Assembly: GCF_000146505.1 (NCBI RefSeq)
Contig: NC_017448.1
Span: 660,001-692,000 of the forward strand
Reading direction: 5' to 3'
From: Fibrobacter succinogenes subsp. succinogenes S85
GTDB lineage: Bacteria > Fibrobacterota > Fibrobacteria > Fibrobacterales > Fibrobacteraceae
DNA length: 32,000 nt
The translations under genes and the position numbers were made by a program. This document shows positions 8,922 through 18,480 of this stretch, one piece after another; positions within the stretch are counted from its first letter, which is position 1; each line of letters opens with the position of its first letter. The notes under the pieces are model-generated. The model was not told the DNA's origin, made no database searches, and worked only from the letters and a program-made list of their open reading frames with translations.

Positions 8922-10061
8922 TTAGAATACAACCAAGTCGTTCTTGTGGATAAGTTCATCAGGAACGTTCTTGCCCAAGATTTCATGCACCTGGGCAGTC
9001 TTCTTACGGAGCACAAGCTTAAGCGTTTCGCTATCAAAACCAGCGACACCGCGAGCTACAGGATTCTTCTTTTCGTCCTGGACTTCAATCAAGTCGCCCT
9101 TATCAAAATGCTTCTGTACCGCAATCACGCCCACCGGCAACAAGCTCGAATGATTTTCACGCAAAGCCTTCACACCGCCTTCATCGACAATCACGCTTCC
9201 ACGCGGCGTCGTAATGAAGCTGAGCCAGCGCTGACGGCTATTGAGTTTTTTCTTGGAGCCTGCGAACAAAGTTCCTGTTGCATTTTCAAAGAATACCTGA
9301 TGCGGGAGGACCTTCATACCGCTAGCAAGGAATGCATTCGCGCCGCTCTTCGTCACATTGCGAATGGCTTCGAGCTTGCTCCTCATGCCGCCGGTACTGA
9401 CGGCGGACCCGGCCTCGCCGGGCTTTCCGGCCAATGCCAAAATCGCAGGCGTAATTTCAGGAACAAAGTTCAACAAGCGAGCGTTCGGATTCTTCTTCGG
9501 ATTGTCATCGAACAAGCCGTCTTCATCCGTAAAGATGAGGAGCAAGTCAGCATCAAGGAAGAGCGCCACATCGCTCGAGAGCTTGTCGTTATCGCCCACC
9601 TTGATTTCGGCAACGGCTAAGGAATCGTTCTCGTTAATGATCGGAACAATCTTACGGGCAAGCATGGCCTTGATGGTGTTCTGCAAATTCTTGTAACGCG
9701 CGCGGTCGCGGAAGTCTTCTGCAGACAAGAGGATCTGGCCAACGGAGAGTTGCACCCAGCGGAACATTTCGCGATAAGCGTACATGAGGTCAATCTGACC
9801 CACGGCAGCGCAAGCCTGCTTTTCGGCAAGCACGGTCGGCTTTTGAGCGTAACCCAGTTCAGCCATGCCTGTACCCACAGCACCACTCGTGACAATGACG
9901 ACTTCCTTGCCGGCATCCATCAAGCGAGCCACGGAATCCGCAAGCTTCTGGATATAACGTGTACGAACGCCACCTCGCTCGGAATCCACGAGAATACGAG
10001 AACCAATCTTCACCACCACGCGGCGAGCTTCATCTAAAATGTTCTTTCTTAATTCACTCAT
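8922..10061 (-). CDS. proB: Glutamate 5-kinase with C-terminal PUA domain
   Basis: 379 aa with VVKIGSRILVD..., VTSGAVGTG and ENDSLAVAEIKVGDNDKLS. The C-terminal PUA-like segment is GSVIVDEGGVKAL...GDLIEV. Confidence 0.9.
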   Translation of the reverse strand: MSELRKNILDEARRVVVKIGSRILVDSERGGVRTRYIQKLADSVARLMDAGKEVVIVTSGAVGTGMAELGYAQKPTVLAEKQACAAVGQIDLMYAYREMFRWVQLSVGQILLSAEDFRDRARYKNLQNTIKAMLARKIVPIINENDSLAVAEIKVGDNDKLSSDVALFLDADLLLIFTDEDGLFDDNPKKNPNARLLNFVPEITPAILALAGKPGEAGSAVSTGGMRSKLEAIRNVTKSGANAFLASGMKVLPHQVFFENATGTLFAGSKKKLNSRQRWLSFITTPRGSVIVDEGGVKALRENHSSLLPVGVIAVQKHFDKGDLIEVQDEKKNPVARGVAGFDSETLKLVLRKKTAQVHEILGKNVPDELIHKNDLVVF

Positions 10062-10090
10062 TTTTCAGTCGTTAGTTATTAGTCAATAGT

Positions 10091-13081
10091 TTACTTGCAC
10101 ACCACCAGGCGGATTGCATCGAGGCGGAGTTGCGGGTTAGCCACAATCTTCTTGCGTTCCTGCACGTTCTTGCGGAGCTGCTTCAAAGCTTCGCTCGTCC
10201 CCGCCTTGCCACGCATCGAAAGCAAATGGTTCATGCGCTGGTATTCCTGTTCCGAACGGGCTTCCACGGCATTTGCTGCTTCTTCGGCATACTTCTTAGC
10301 CTGTTCAGAAACAATCAAGCGAGCCTTCGCAAGGCCATCCTTAGCAAAGTAACGAAGCGTCATATCGACAGCCGCATTGCCCTGCGGGACCCCCACATCC
10401 TTGAGCGCCGCATCCGAAAGATCTTCGAAATGCTCGGACATGTTTTCGCCCTTCGCATTCACCAGCACCTTGAAATACTTCGGCCCTGCAATATCGGCAC
10501 AGCCCCATTCTTCGGACACAGGCAGTTCCACAGCAAAGTTGTACTGCATCATGAGCCCACGCAAACCGGAGTTCGGCCAAATGGCACAAGACACCGTTCC
10601 ACGGCCAAAGCTCGTTTCGTAATCGAACACGCCCTGAGCCAGCGGATGGTCCAAGCTGATAAATTCAATATCGTCGTGCGTCATAGCGACATCACGATCG
10701 AACGTGACCGTCATACAAGTGCCACCACTCACACGGCCATCGCCGTCGCCATCTCCACCACCTTCGCCACACAAATCCGTTTGGCTATTCACGCGGCCAC
10801 CACCTGCAGTAGCCGCAGCCATTGCCAAATCAGGCATGCCCGGCACAGAGCCCGCTTCAACCTGCGGTCCCATCGTGATGAGGAAGCAATCCTGCACAGA
10901 GCTCTTTTCGACATCGAGTCCGCGATTCATCAAGGAATCAAACACGAGATTCTTGAGTTCCGGTTCCGCATCAAGTTCACGAATTTCATCCGTGATTTCC
11001 TTTGCCTTTTCTGGATTACGGGAGTTGAATTCGAGCAAGCGGTCACGGCCGTTTTCGATATGCTTACGCATCTGCTCGCAGTCTTTCTTGACCTGCGGGA
11101 TGACGTTCTCCACAAAATTTTCAAGGCTAGCGCGCGGCGTTGCCAAAGCTTCAATCAAAGATTCCGTGTACTTGAGGAAGAGTTCTCCACCGCTCATGAG
11201 CGGAGCGCCAAACGAATTCAAACCTTCGTTGTACCAGCGGAACATCACTTCCTGGCCAGAGCCCTTCACGTACGGCACGTGGATGATGATGTCCTTGTCC
11301 TGACCAATGCGGTCCAAGCGGCCAATACGCTGTTCCACGAGAGCTGCATCAAGAGGCAAGTCGAACAAGACCAAGTGATGAGAGAACTGGAAGTTACGGC
11401 CTTCAGAACCAATTTCAGAAGCGATGAGCAAGTTAGCACCATCAGGCTTGCTGAAGTTTGCCGCAGCCTTGTCGCGCGCCATGATGCTCATATCTTCGTG
11501 GAACATCACAAACGCACCTTCGCCCAAGAATTCAAGGAGCAAAGTTTCAAGTGCCTGCACCACCTGGATGGATTCGCAAATCAGCAAAACCTTTTCGTTC
11601 TTGTATTCCTTGAGGAACCCCTTGAGCCACACAAAGCGTTCGTCCATCGCCCATGCATCGGAGAACCTCGTGCAGAGGAGGCCATTTTCCTGGATGTCGG
11701 TGGATGCTTCGAGGTCGCGGTCGGCAGCGACATCCACCATTTCACGATAAGCCGGATTCGGTTCCAGCGGAATTTCGTCGAGCACACGCTTCGGGAATCC
11801 GCCTACGCCCTTACGCGTATTGCGGAACACCACAGAACCCGTGCCCATGCCATCGACAATGCAGCGCATCCATTCGCCTGCGGTCATCGACTTTGAATTT
11901 TCCTGTTCCAGCCATGGGCGAATTTGCGAGTTCTTCGGGACGCATTCGTACAAGTCGTCCCAGCTCATGTGGTGGTTCGGGTCGGTCGGAAGCTTATTTA
12001 AATCTCGCACAAGCTTGAGGTAAGCTTCCTGGTCCTTGATAAAATCGTTATAGTCTGCAAAGCGCACTGGGTCGAGCATCTTGAGACGATTGAACTGCGA
12101 TTCCGGATGGAGCTGCAAGGGCGTACCGGTCAAAAGCAACACGCCCTTCGAGCGTCCAATCACCCTGTTCGCAAGCATATACTCGTGGCTCGTGAAACCA
12201 TCCTCGCACACCAGATGGTGGGCTTCATCGATGATGGTCATATCCCAGTTCGTCTTCAAAAGGTCTTCGATCAATGCAGGCTGAGCCATCAAAAAGTCAA
12301 TGGACACGATGATGTCGTTACTCTGCATGAACGGATTGGGCTTCGTCTCGTCTTTTGCGACACCCACAAACAAGCCACGGATGTAGCCTTCGTCCACCAG
12401 CGTAAAGAGCTGGTTGAAACGGCGCTTCATTTCAATCATCCACTGGTGCTTCAGCGTTTCCGGGACAATCACGAGCGTACGCTGGATGCGGCCTCTCGAC
12501 TTGAGCGCATGCCAAATCATGCCCGCTTCAATCGTCTTACCCAAGCCCACTTCGTCCGAAAGCATAAGCCTCGGGAGCGTCGAGCTAGAGCAGGCACGGT
12601 AGCAAAGGTAATACTGGTGCGGGATCATGTTCACACGCGGGCCAATCATGCCACGAACCGGCGAAGAAATCCACTTGTAATACATTTCCATCGCATCTTC
12701 ATGACGCAAAAAATCACGTGACGAGCAAACTTCGTCATCAGCCAAGGCCTTAAACAGCACTGCCGGTCGAGCGGTCGAAATCTTCGCGCTCAGCTCAGAT
12801 TCCTTCATCTCTTTGCCATTACGCCCGACATAAACCATGATACCCGCATCTTCGCGAACGGAGTCCACCACGAAGGAGACACCTTTTTCACTCTTGACGG
12901 TTTCACCTACTTGCAAAACAAAACGTTCAATCGGAGCTTCATCGGTCCTGTAAATACGAGCTTGACCGATAGACGGGAACAAAATTTTAACAGTACGGCC
13001 CTGAACTTCAGATACAATACCAAGCCCCAGGGTAGGTTCGGCTTGGCTCACGTAGCGCTGACCAATTTTAAACATCATCAT
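10091..13081 (-). CDS. rapA: RNA polymerase-associated SNF2-family ATPase RapA/HepA
   Basis: 996 aa. The N-terminus FKIGQRYVSQAEPTLGLGIV is typical of RapA. Helicase motifs are DEVGLGKTIEAG, IIDEAHHL and LLLTGTPLQ, plus a C-terminal helicase lobe (LIASEIGSEGRNFQ). Confidence 0.85.
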   Translation of the reverse strand: MMMFKIGQRYVSQAEPTLGLGIVSEVQGRTVKILFPSIGQARIYRTDEAPIERFVLQVGETVKSEKGVSFVVDSVREDAGIMVYVGRNGKEMKESELSAKISTARPAVLFKALADDEVCSSRDFLRHEDAMEMYYKWISSPVRGMIGPRVNMIPHQYYLCYRACSSSTLPRLMLSDEVGLGKTIEAGMIWHALKSRGRIQRTLVIVPETLKHQWMIEMKRRFNQLFTLVDEGYIRGLFVGVAKDETKPNPFMQSNDIIVSIDFLMAQPALIEDLLKTNWDMTIIDEAHHLVCEDGFTSHEYMLANRVIGRSKGVLLLTGTPLQLHPESQFNRLKMLDPVRFADYNDFIKDQEAYLKLVRDLNKLPTDPNHHMSWDDLYECVPKNSQIRPWLEQENSKSMTAGEWMRCIVDGMGTGSVVFRNTRKGVGGFPKRVLDEIPLEPNPAYREMVDVAADRDLEASTDIQENGLLCTRFSDAWAMDERFVWLKGFLKEYKNEKVLLICESIQVVQALETLLLEFLGEGAFVMFHEDMSIMARDKAAANFSKPDGANLLIASEIGSEGRNFQFSHHLVLFDLPLDAALVEQRIGRLDRIGQDKDIIIHVPYVKGSGQEVMFRWYNEGLNSFGAPLMSGGELFLKYTESLIEALATPRASLENFVENVIPQVKKDCEQMRKHIENGRDRLLEFNSRNPEKAKEITDEIRELDAEPELKNLVFDSLMNRGLDVEKSSVQDCFLITMGPQVEAGSVPGMPDLAMAAATAGGGRVNSQTDLCGEGGGDGDGDGRVSGGTCMTVTFDRDVAMTHDDIEFISLDHPLAQGVFDYETSFGRGTVSCAIWPNSGLRGLMMQYNFAVELPVSEEWGCADIAGPKYFKVLVNAKGENMSEHFEDLSDAALKDVGVPQGNAAVDMTLRYFAKDGLAKARLIVSEQAKKYAEEAANAVEARSEQEYQRMNHLLSMRGKAGTSEALKQLRKNVQERKKIVANPQLRLDAIRLVVCK

Positions 13082-13147
13082 AACCTGTAAATTTAGGATT
13101 TTTTCGAAAATTCGGCTTGCGAACTTTTTACTAAATTATTCCACAAC

Positions 13148-13912
13148 ATGAAATGGTTTTATATCGACACATCAATCACCGACGGGGATAGGCGTCAAGG
13201 TCCTTATTCTATCGATGAAATTAGAGATTTTGTCAACGAAGGCAAGATAAAAGACGAAACTTTAGTCTGGCACACCGGCGAAGCTAATTGGAAAGCATGG
13301 AAGGATTTTCCCGAAGCAAGCGAACCCCCTGAGCCGACCGAAGAAGAACTTCTCAAGCAGACGATTGAAACGCTTCTCCAAAGCAAAATGAACCGCAAGC
13401 GTTACGCAGGCTTTTTTGTACGTGCGAACGCGTTTATTATAGACAACATAATTCTTTCTATTGTCGGTGCATTGTTCCTTTACGTCATGAGTTTGGCTGG
13501 AATGCTGGACTTGAATGCAGTCTCCGAAATCGTAAACCAGTACATTGATAACCCCGGCTCCACGGATCTTGTATCCAAGGCACTTGACCTCCCAGGAATG
13601 TCTACATTCTTTACGATTTGGAGCATTGTACAGGCAATTTACTTTATCGTTTTCCATGCGGTTTGGGGCGCCACACCGGGCAAAAAGCTGTTGCGCATTC
13701 ATGTTGAAATGGCCAATGGCGAAAAGCTCTCGTGGGCATTCTCATTTTTCCGCTTTGTCGCAAGCATTGTCACGCAAGCGACACTCATTTTTTATGGTCT
13801 GGGTTACCTGATTGTCCTTATCGATCCGCAAAAGAGAGCGCTACACGACTTTGTCGCACAGACTCGTGTCGTTCATAATGCCATCGAACAAAAAGAAAAG
13901 AAAGAGGTTTAA
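13148..13912 (+). CDS. GYF_2 (DUF4339)-domain / RDD-family membrane protein
   Basis: 254 aa. The N-terminus WFY...GPYSIDEIRDFVNEGKIKDETLVWHTGEANWKAW is GYF_2-like. The C-terminal half has three hydrophobic helices with RYAGFFVRANAFIIDN... and ...RALHDFVAQTRVV, as in RDD proteins. Confidence 0.7.
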   Translation: MKWFYIDTSITDGDRRQGPYSIDEIRDFVNEGKIKDETLVWHTGEANWKAWKDFPEASEPPEPTEEELLKQTIETLLQSKMNRKRYAGFFVRANAFIIDNIILSIVGALFLYVMSLAGMLDLNAVSEIVNQYIDNPGSTDLVSKALDLPGMSTFFTIWSIVQAIYFIVFHAVWGATPGKKLLRIHVEMANGEKLSWAFSFFRFVASIVTQATLIFYGLGYLIVLIDPQKRALHDFVAQTRVVHNAIEQKEKKEV

Positions 13913-13917
13913 TTTAT

Positions 13918-15198
13918 ATGGATCAGTTTATTGTTCCGCAAGTGAAAGCACCGGTCAATGGTGAAGTTGAAATTTCTGGTGCCAAAAACGCCGTGCTTGC
14001 CGTCATGGCTGCAGCCCTCCTCGCCGATGGCGTTTCTGAAATCACAAATGTTCCGCATTTGAAAGACATGAAGACCATGTCCGATGTGCTCCGCGTAATC
14101 GGTTGCCACATCAACGGCGGAAGCCACGTTCTGAGAATTGACACCCGCGGTGTAGACCATCTCGAAGCACCATATGAACTCGTGAAGACCATGCGCGCAA
14201 GCTTCTACGTGCTCGGCCCTCTCGTCGCCAGATTCGGTCGCTGCCGCGTCTCGCTCCCCGGCGGATGCGCTTGGGGTCCACGCCCTGTGGACCTCCACCT
14301 CAAAGGTCTTGAAGCTCTCGGTGCAAAAATTACCGTCACGCACGGTTACGTCGAAGCCACTTGCCAAGGCCGCCTCCCCGGCGGTAACTTCAACTTCCCG
14401 ATTTCTAGCGTCGGCGCAACGGTCAACGTTTTGATGGCAGCAACACTTGCCAAGGGTGTGAGCGTCTTGCAGAACGCCGCCCTCGAACCCGAAATTGACA
14501 ACCTCATTGACTTCCTCACAAGCATGGGCGCGAAGATTCAGGGACGCGGCACGCGTACTCTTACCGTCCAGGGCGTTGAATCCCTCCGCCCGGGTACAGG
14601 CGTCACCATCCCGGACCGCATTGAAGCAGGCACGTTCCTCTGCGCCGCCGCCATCACACGCGGCCGCGTCAAGGTCACGCGCATCATCCCGGAACACATC
14701 GCCTCTACGCTTGACGCCTTCCGCGAAATCGGCTGCAAGGTGAACGTCGGTGCCGACTGGGCCGAAGTTGACGCCCGCCAGCAGGAACTCAAGCCGATGA
14801 GCCTTGTAACGCTCCCGTTCCCGGGATTCCCGACCGATATGCAGGCACCGTTCATGGCAACGCTCCTCTCCATTCCAGGCAATAGCCTCGTGCAAGACAC
14901 GGTTTACAACGACCGCTTTAAACATGTCGCCGAACTTGAACGTTTGGGAGCCTCCATCCAGCTGAACGGCAACACGGCTACCATCAAGGGAGGCCTCCCG
15001 CTTGAAGGTGCTGACATCATGGGTTCTGACCTCCGCGCCAGTGCAGCTCTCGTTCTCGCAGGCCTCATTGCCGAAGGCGAAACGACCATCAGCCGTATTT
15101 ACCACCTCGACCGTGGTTACGAAGATTTCGAAGCTAAGATGGCTAAGATCGGTGCAACCGTCAAGCGTTTCAACCCGGACGCCCGCGACGCAGAATAA
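13918..15198 (+). CDS. murA: UDP-N-acetylglucosamine 1-carboxyvinyltransferase
   Basis: 426 aa with GEVEISGAKNAVLAVMAAALLA and the active-site loop LPGGCAWGPRPVDLH. It is colinear with MurA throughout. Confidence 0.95.
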   Translation: MDQFIVPQVKAPVNGEVEISGAKNAVLAVMAAALLADGVSEITNVPHLKDMKTMSDVLRVIGCHINGGSHVLRIDTRGVDHLEAPYELVKTMRASFYVLGPLVARFGRCRVSLPGGCAWGPRPVDLHLKGLEALGAKITVTHGYVEATCQGRLPGGNFNFPISSVGATVNVLMAATLAKGVSVLQNAALEPEIDNLIDFLTSMGAKIQGRGTRTLTVQGVESLRPGTGVTIPDRIEAGTFLCAAAITRGRVKVTRIIPEHIASTLDAFREIGCKVNVGADWAEVDARQQELKPMSLVTLPFPGFPTDMQAPFMATLLSIPGNSLVQDTVYNDRFKHVAELERLGASIQLNGNTATIKGGLPLEGADIMGSDLRASAALVLAGLIAEGETTISRIYHLDRGYEDFEAKMAKIGATVKRFNPDARDAE

Positions 15199-15240
15199 GT
15201 CCAGATTAACGCTGATTAAGCGCTAGCAATACTTAAGATT

Positions 15241-15270
15241 ACAAAAGCCGGCATAAAAGCCGGCTTATTT
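15241..15270. terminator. Bidirectional stem-loop between convergent murA and the ABC ATPase gene
   Basis: Stem aagccggc (15245-15252) pairs with gccggctt (15259-15266) around loop ataaaa. It is flanked by acaaaa on the left and attt on the right. Confidence 0.6.
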
Positions 15271-15279
15271 CGTATCTGA

Positions 15280-16020
15280 TTAAAACGCTTCAGTCCAGTC
15301 TAAAAGTCCGCATTTGCGCGCTTCGCTCGCTAGCGCATTTTTTACAGTCCCGCCATCCACAACCATAATTCTATCACAATAGCGTTCAGCATATTCCACA
15401 GAATGAGTCGAGATGACAATGCCCATCTGGCGCTCTACAGCAATTTTCTTGAGCAACCTGAAAAGCGCATGGCTACGTGGAATATCCAAAAAGGCATTCG
15501 GTTCATCGAGCAACAGCACATTCACCCGTTGCGCCACCGCTTCTGCCAAAAATACACGGCTACGCTCACCATCGCTAAGTTCTGCCACCGGGCGTTCCGC
15601 AAAAACAGCGACATCCAAAAGCACCATCGATTCTTCAACAATGCGATTGTCTTCTGCCGTTCGGCTATCAAAAATGCCCGAATATGGCGAGCGCCCTAGA
15701 CGCACAAATTCACGCACGCTCATGCGCGGAGGAACGACATTCGACATCCGCACAAGTGAAATCTTTTGCGAACGATGACGGGGTGACCATTCCGAAAGCA
15801 TTCTACCTTCAAGCGAAACCTCACCAGAAACTGGAGGCAACAAGCCCGCCAAAGTTTTCAAAAGCGAACTCTTGCCACATCCATTTTCACCCATCAGGGC
15901 CACAACTGTCCCCGCCGAGAGCCTAAAATCAAACGGATTTTTCATGGATTCAAGCGCGCGCCCATAGCCGACAAGCAGATTTCGGCATTCCAGCAAAGCA
16001 TTCTGAGATTCAACATCCAT
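15280..16020 (-). CDS. ABC transporter ATP-binding protein (FecE/BtuD-like)
   Basis: 246 aa with Walker A GENGCGKSS, signature LSDGERSR and Walker B VLLLDEP. GAGG lies 8 nt upstream of the ATG. Confidence 0.85.
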   Translation of the reverse strand: MDVESQNALLECRNLLVGYGRALESMKNPFDFRLSAGTVVALMGENGCGKSSLLKTLAGLLPPVSGEVSLEGRMLSEWSPRHRSQKISLVRMSNVVPPRMSVREFVRLGRSPYSGIFDSRTAEDNRIVEESMVLLDVAVFAERPVAELSDGERSRVFLAEAVAQRVNVLLLDEPNAFLDIPRSHALFRLLKKIAVERQMGIVISTHSVEYAERYCDRIMVVDGGTVKNALASEARKCGLLDWTEAF

Positions 16021-16032
16021 CTTAAACGCCTC

Positions 16033-17010
16033 CTAGAATCGCGCACCCGAACCGCGCACAAGTACCCACAAAATCACAGGAACGCCCACCAGCGAAAGCA
16101 CCGCATTCAACGGAACAGAAGCCGGGAAAAGCCCTGCCAAAAGTGCAAGCGCAACACCGCATAACGCAGCCCCCGGCAAAAGCAACCGGTGATTAGTAGT
16201 CTTGAAAAGCATATAAGCCAAATGCGGAACCGCAATACCAATAAACGCCACGGGACCACAAAAAGCTGTTGTCGTTCCCGCCAAAAGGCTTGCCCCGAGC
16301 AGCACACAAATCTTGGAGCGCTTCACATTCAGCCCTAGCCCATGCGCAAAATCATCGCCCAGAAGAGCAGCATTCAAATATCGTAGCGAGCCCCCAATCA
16401 GCACAAGGCCAACCAAAATGGCGCATGTAAAAATCCACACATCGCCAAGAGTCACTCGCCCAAAGCTACCCATTCCCCACGCCACATAGACGCGCAAAGA
16501 TTCCGAGGAATTTCCGGCAATCAGCACACTCACAATCGCATCGATAAAATATCCCGTCAAGAGCCCAACAATCAAAAGCACGCCCGTCTGGGCAAAGCGT
16601 GTCGCGACAAACATCACAATAAACGTCACAAGCAGAGCCCCAAGCGCAGCCGAGCCAAGCACACCTACGCTACCAAAGCCAACACCTGCCAAAAGCGCAA
16701 GTGCAACACCGAGACTTGCACCACTACTAATGCCAAGCACAAATGGTCCCGCAAGCGGGTTTCGGAACACAGTCTGTAACGAAAGGCCAGACACGGCAAG
16801 TGATGCCCCTGCCAAAACAGCGGCAATCATCTTCGGAATTCTCAAGTTCCACAAGATGTTCGAAGAGACATCGTCGCCAGGGCTAAACAGCGACTGCACC
16901 ACCGAAGCAAACGGAATGTCAACAACGCCATAGCAAAGCGTCGCTACGCATAGCAATACAATCAGAACCGCAAGAGCGATAAAGCCAAACAAACGGCGTC
17001 GCAAAAACAA
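16033..17010 (-). CDS. FecCD/BtuC-family ABC transporter permease
   Basis: 325 aa, polytopic and Gly/Ala/Leu-rich, with typical FecCD stretches (FRNPLAGPFVLGISSGASLG, GPVAFIGIAVPHL). The start is inferred as TTG 17010-17008, preceded by GAGG inside the last ybgF codons. No earlier start is possible in this frame because of a TAG at 17029-17031. Confidence 0.8.
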   Translation of the reverse strand: MFLRRRLFGFIALAVLIVLLCVATLCYGVVDIPFASVVQSLFSPGDDVSSNILWNLRIPKMIAAVLAGASLAVSGLSLQTVFRNPLAGPFVLGISSGASLGVALALLAGVGFGSVGVLGSAALGALLVTFIVMFVATRFAQTGVLLIVGLLTGYFIDAIVSVLIAGNSSESLRVYVAWGMGSFGRVTLGDVWIFTCAILVGLVLIGGSLRYLNAALLGDDFAHGLGLNVKRSKICVLLGASLLAGTTTAFCGPVAFIGIAVPHLAYMLFKTTNHRLLLPGAALCGVALALLAGLFPASVPLNAVLSLVGVPVILWVLVRGSGARF

Positions 17011-17012
17011 GC

Positions 17013-17879
17013 TTACCTCATCTGTTCTCTACAAATTTCCGTTGCCGAGCGCCCATCCGAAGACTTAAAGTCAAGCATTTCCTGCAACGAAATCGCGGCC
17101 TGCTCCAGTTCCGGAGTCGAAGCGCATGTATTGTTTGAAAGTATCATCTGCAAATACTGCTTTTTGCGGTCCAGATTGCATTCATTGCCGTAAATTGAAG
17201 CAAGCTTATACATGCCCGCGCAAGCCTTCATCCCGTTCGGATTGGAATCCACGAGATTCGTAAGGAGCGTCTTTGCCTTTGCCGGCTGATTTGCCTCCAT
17301 CAAGCAAAGCGACATCCAGTAGAGAGCCCCTTCTGCCATTTCGCCCTTTTTCACAAGTTCGTAGACCTGCTTAAAGCCGTTGTACGCAAGCTTGTATTCG
17401 CCACGGTGATAATCCGAATGGGCAGCATTGAACATCGTTTCCGCTTCAACCATTTTTTCGGCATTGGCGTCCGGTTCCATCACAGCGCTGGCCACACCAT
17501 TGTTCACCACAACCTTCTTTGCCAAAATCTTGTCAGACTTTCCGAGGAGCAAATCCAGGCGGTAAATGATTTCTTCCTGACGTGTATCGCGGCGAACCGT
17601 TTCTTCGCTCATGCGATTCGAAAGCACCGTCACTTCGGCCTGCAAACGCTTTTGCGCCACTGCAGATGCATCAAGCTGAGCCTTCACGCTATCGAGTTCA
17701 GCACGGAGCGCAGCATTTTCAGCCGAAAGAGCCTTGTACGCCGAATCATTTTTGGCAATGACATCATCGCCGACAGCACGCATTTCTTTTGTGCGCAACA
17801 TCGTAATGCTACTGCATCCCGATAGCATAAAAGATGCCAAAACAAAGCCAAGAGATAAAGTCTTCAAATTCACAATCAA
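17013..17879 (-). CDS. cpoB: Tol-Pal system protein YbgF/CpoB (coiled-coil + TPR lipoprotein)
   Basis: 288 aa with lipobox LSGCSS, an N-terminal coiled coil (ALRAELDSVKAQLDAS...) and C-terminal TPR-like repeats. It is the last gene of the tol-pal order. Confidence 0.7.
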   Translation of the reverse strand: MIVNLKTLSLGFVLASFMLSGCSSITMLRTKEMRAVGDDVIAKNDSAYKALSAENAALRAELDSVKAQLDASAVAQKRLQAEVTVLSNRMSEETVRRDTRQEEIIYRLDLLLGKSDKILAKKVVVNNGVASAVMEPDANAEKMVEAETMFNAAHSDYHRGEYKLAYNGFKQVYELVKKGEMAEGALYWMSLCLMEANQPAKAKTLLTNLVDSNPNGMKACAGMYKLASIYGNECNLDRKKQYLQMILSNNTCASTPELEQAAISLQEMLDFKSSDGRSATEICREQMR

Positions 17880-17890
17880 GTCCTCCCAAA

Positions 17891-18469
17891 CTATTGATCA
17901 ATGGACACGCGGAAATGCGCTCTACGATTCTTGGAATAAGCCGTTTCGTCAGTTCCCTGCACCTTCGGGCGTTCCTTGCCATAGCTCACCGAAACAAGCC
18001 TGTTGGCATCCACGCCATACGCAATCAAAAACTCGCGCACCACGGTTGAGCGACGAGCGCCCAGAGAAATGTTGTAGTCTTCAGTGCCGCGAGCATCCGT
18101 ATGGCCTTCAACCGTCACGATAAAGCGATTTTCATTGACCAGGATTTCTGCCACTTGAGCAAGCAAGCGCTTTGCATTTTCGGTCAATTCGGAGCGATCA
18201 TAGTCAAAGTAAACATCTTCGAGCATAATGCGGTTGATCAGTTCTTCCAAGCGCGCACGTTCAGCTTCAAGGCGTTCCGCTTCCAAGCGAGCCAAGGAAT
18301 CCGCATCCAACGTATCTGCGACAAGCGCATCAAGATTCAACGTAGAATCCGCAGGAGCTTCCGGCGCCGTTTGCGGTTGCGGATCCGTTTCCGGCTTTTC
18401 CTTGCTGCAGCCCCAAGCGAAGAGCGCAACAGCAGTACCCATCAAAGCAAGTTTAAATACCTTACCCAT
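17891..18469 (-). CDS. pal: Peptidoglycan-associated lipoprotein (OmpA-family)
   Basis: 192 aa with lipobox AWGCS and the OmpA_C motif VYFDYDRSEL...VEGHTDARGTEDYNISLGARR. Confidence 0.85.
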   Translation of the reverse strand: MGKVFKLALMGTAVALFAWGCSKEKPETDPQPQTAPEAPADSTLNLDALVADTLDADSLARLEAERLEAERARLEELINRIMLEDVYFDYDRSELTENAKRLLAQVAEILVNENRFIVTVEGHTDARGTEDYNISLGARRSTVVREFLIAYGVDANRLVSVSYGKERPKVQGTDETAYSKNRRAHFRVSIDQ

Positions 18470-18480
18470 AATTCACTCCT

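Noticed and set aside
8945-8953. A perfect DnaA-box 9-mer, TGTGGATAA.
   Set aside because: It is a single copy inside the proB coding sequence. There is no cluster, no AT-rich unwinding element and no dnaA/dnaN context. One chance hit in 32 kb is not surprising.
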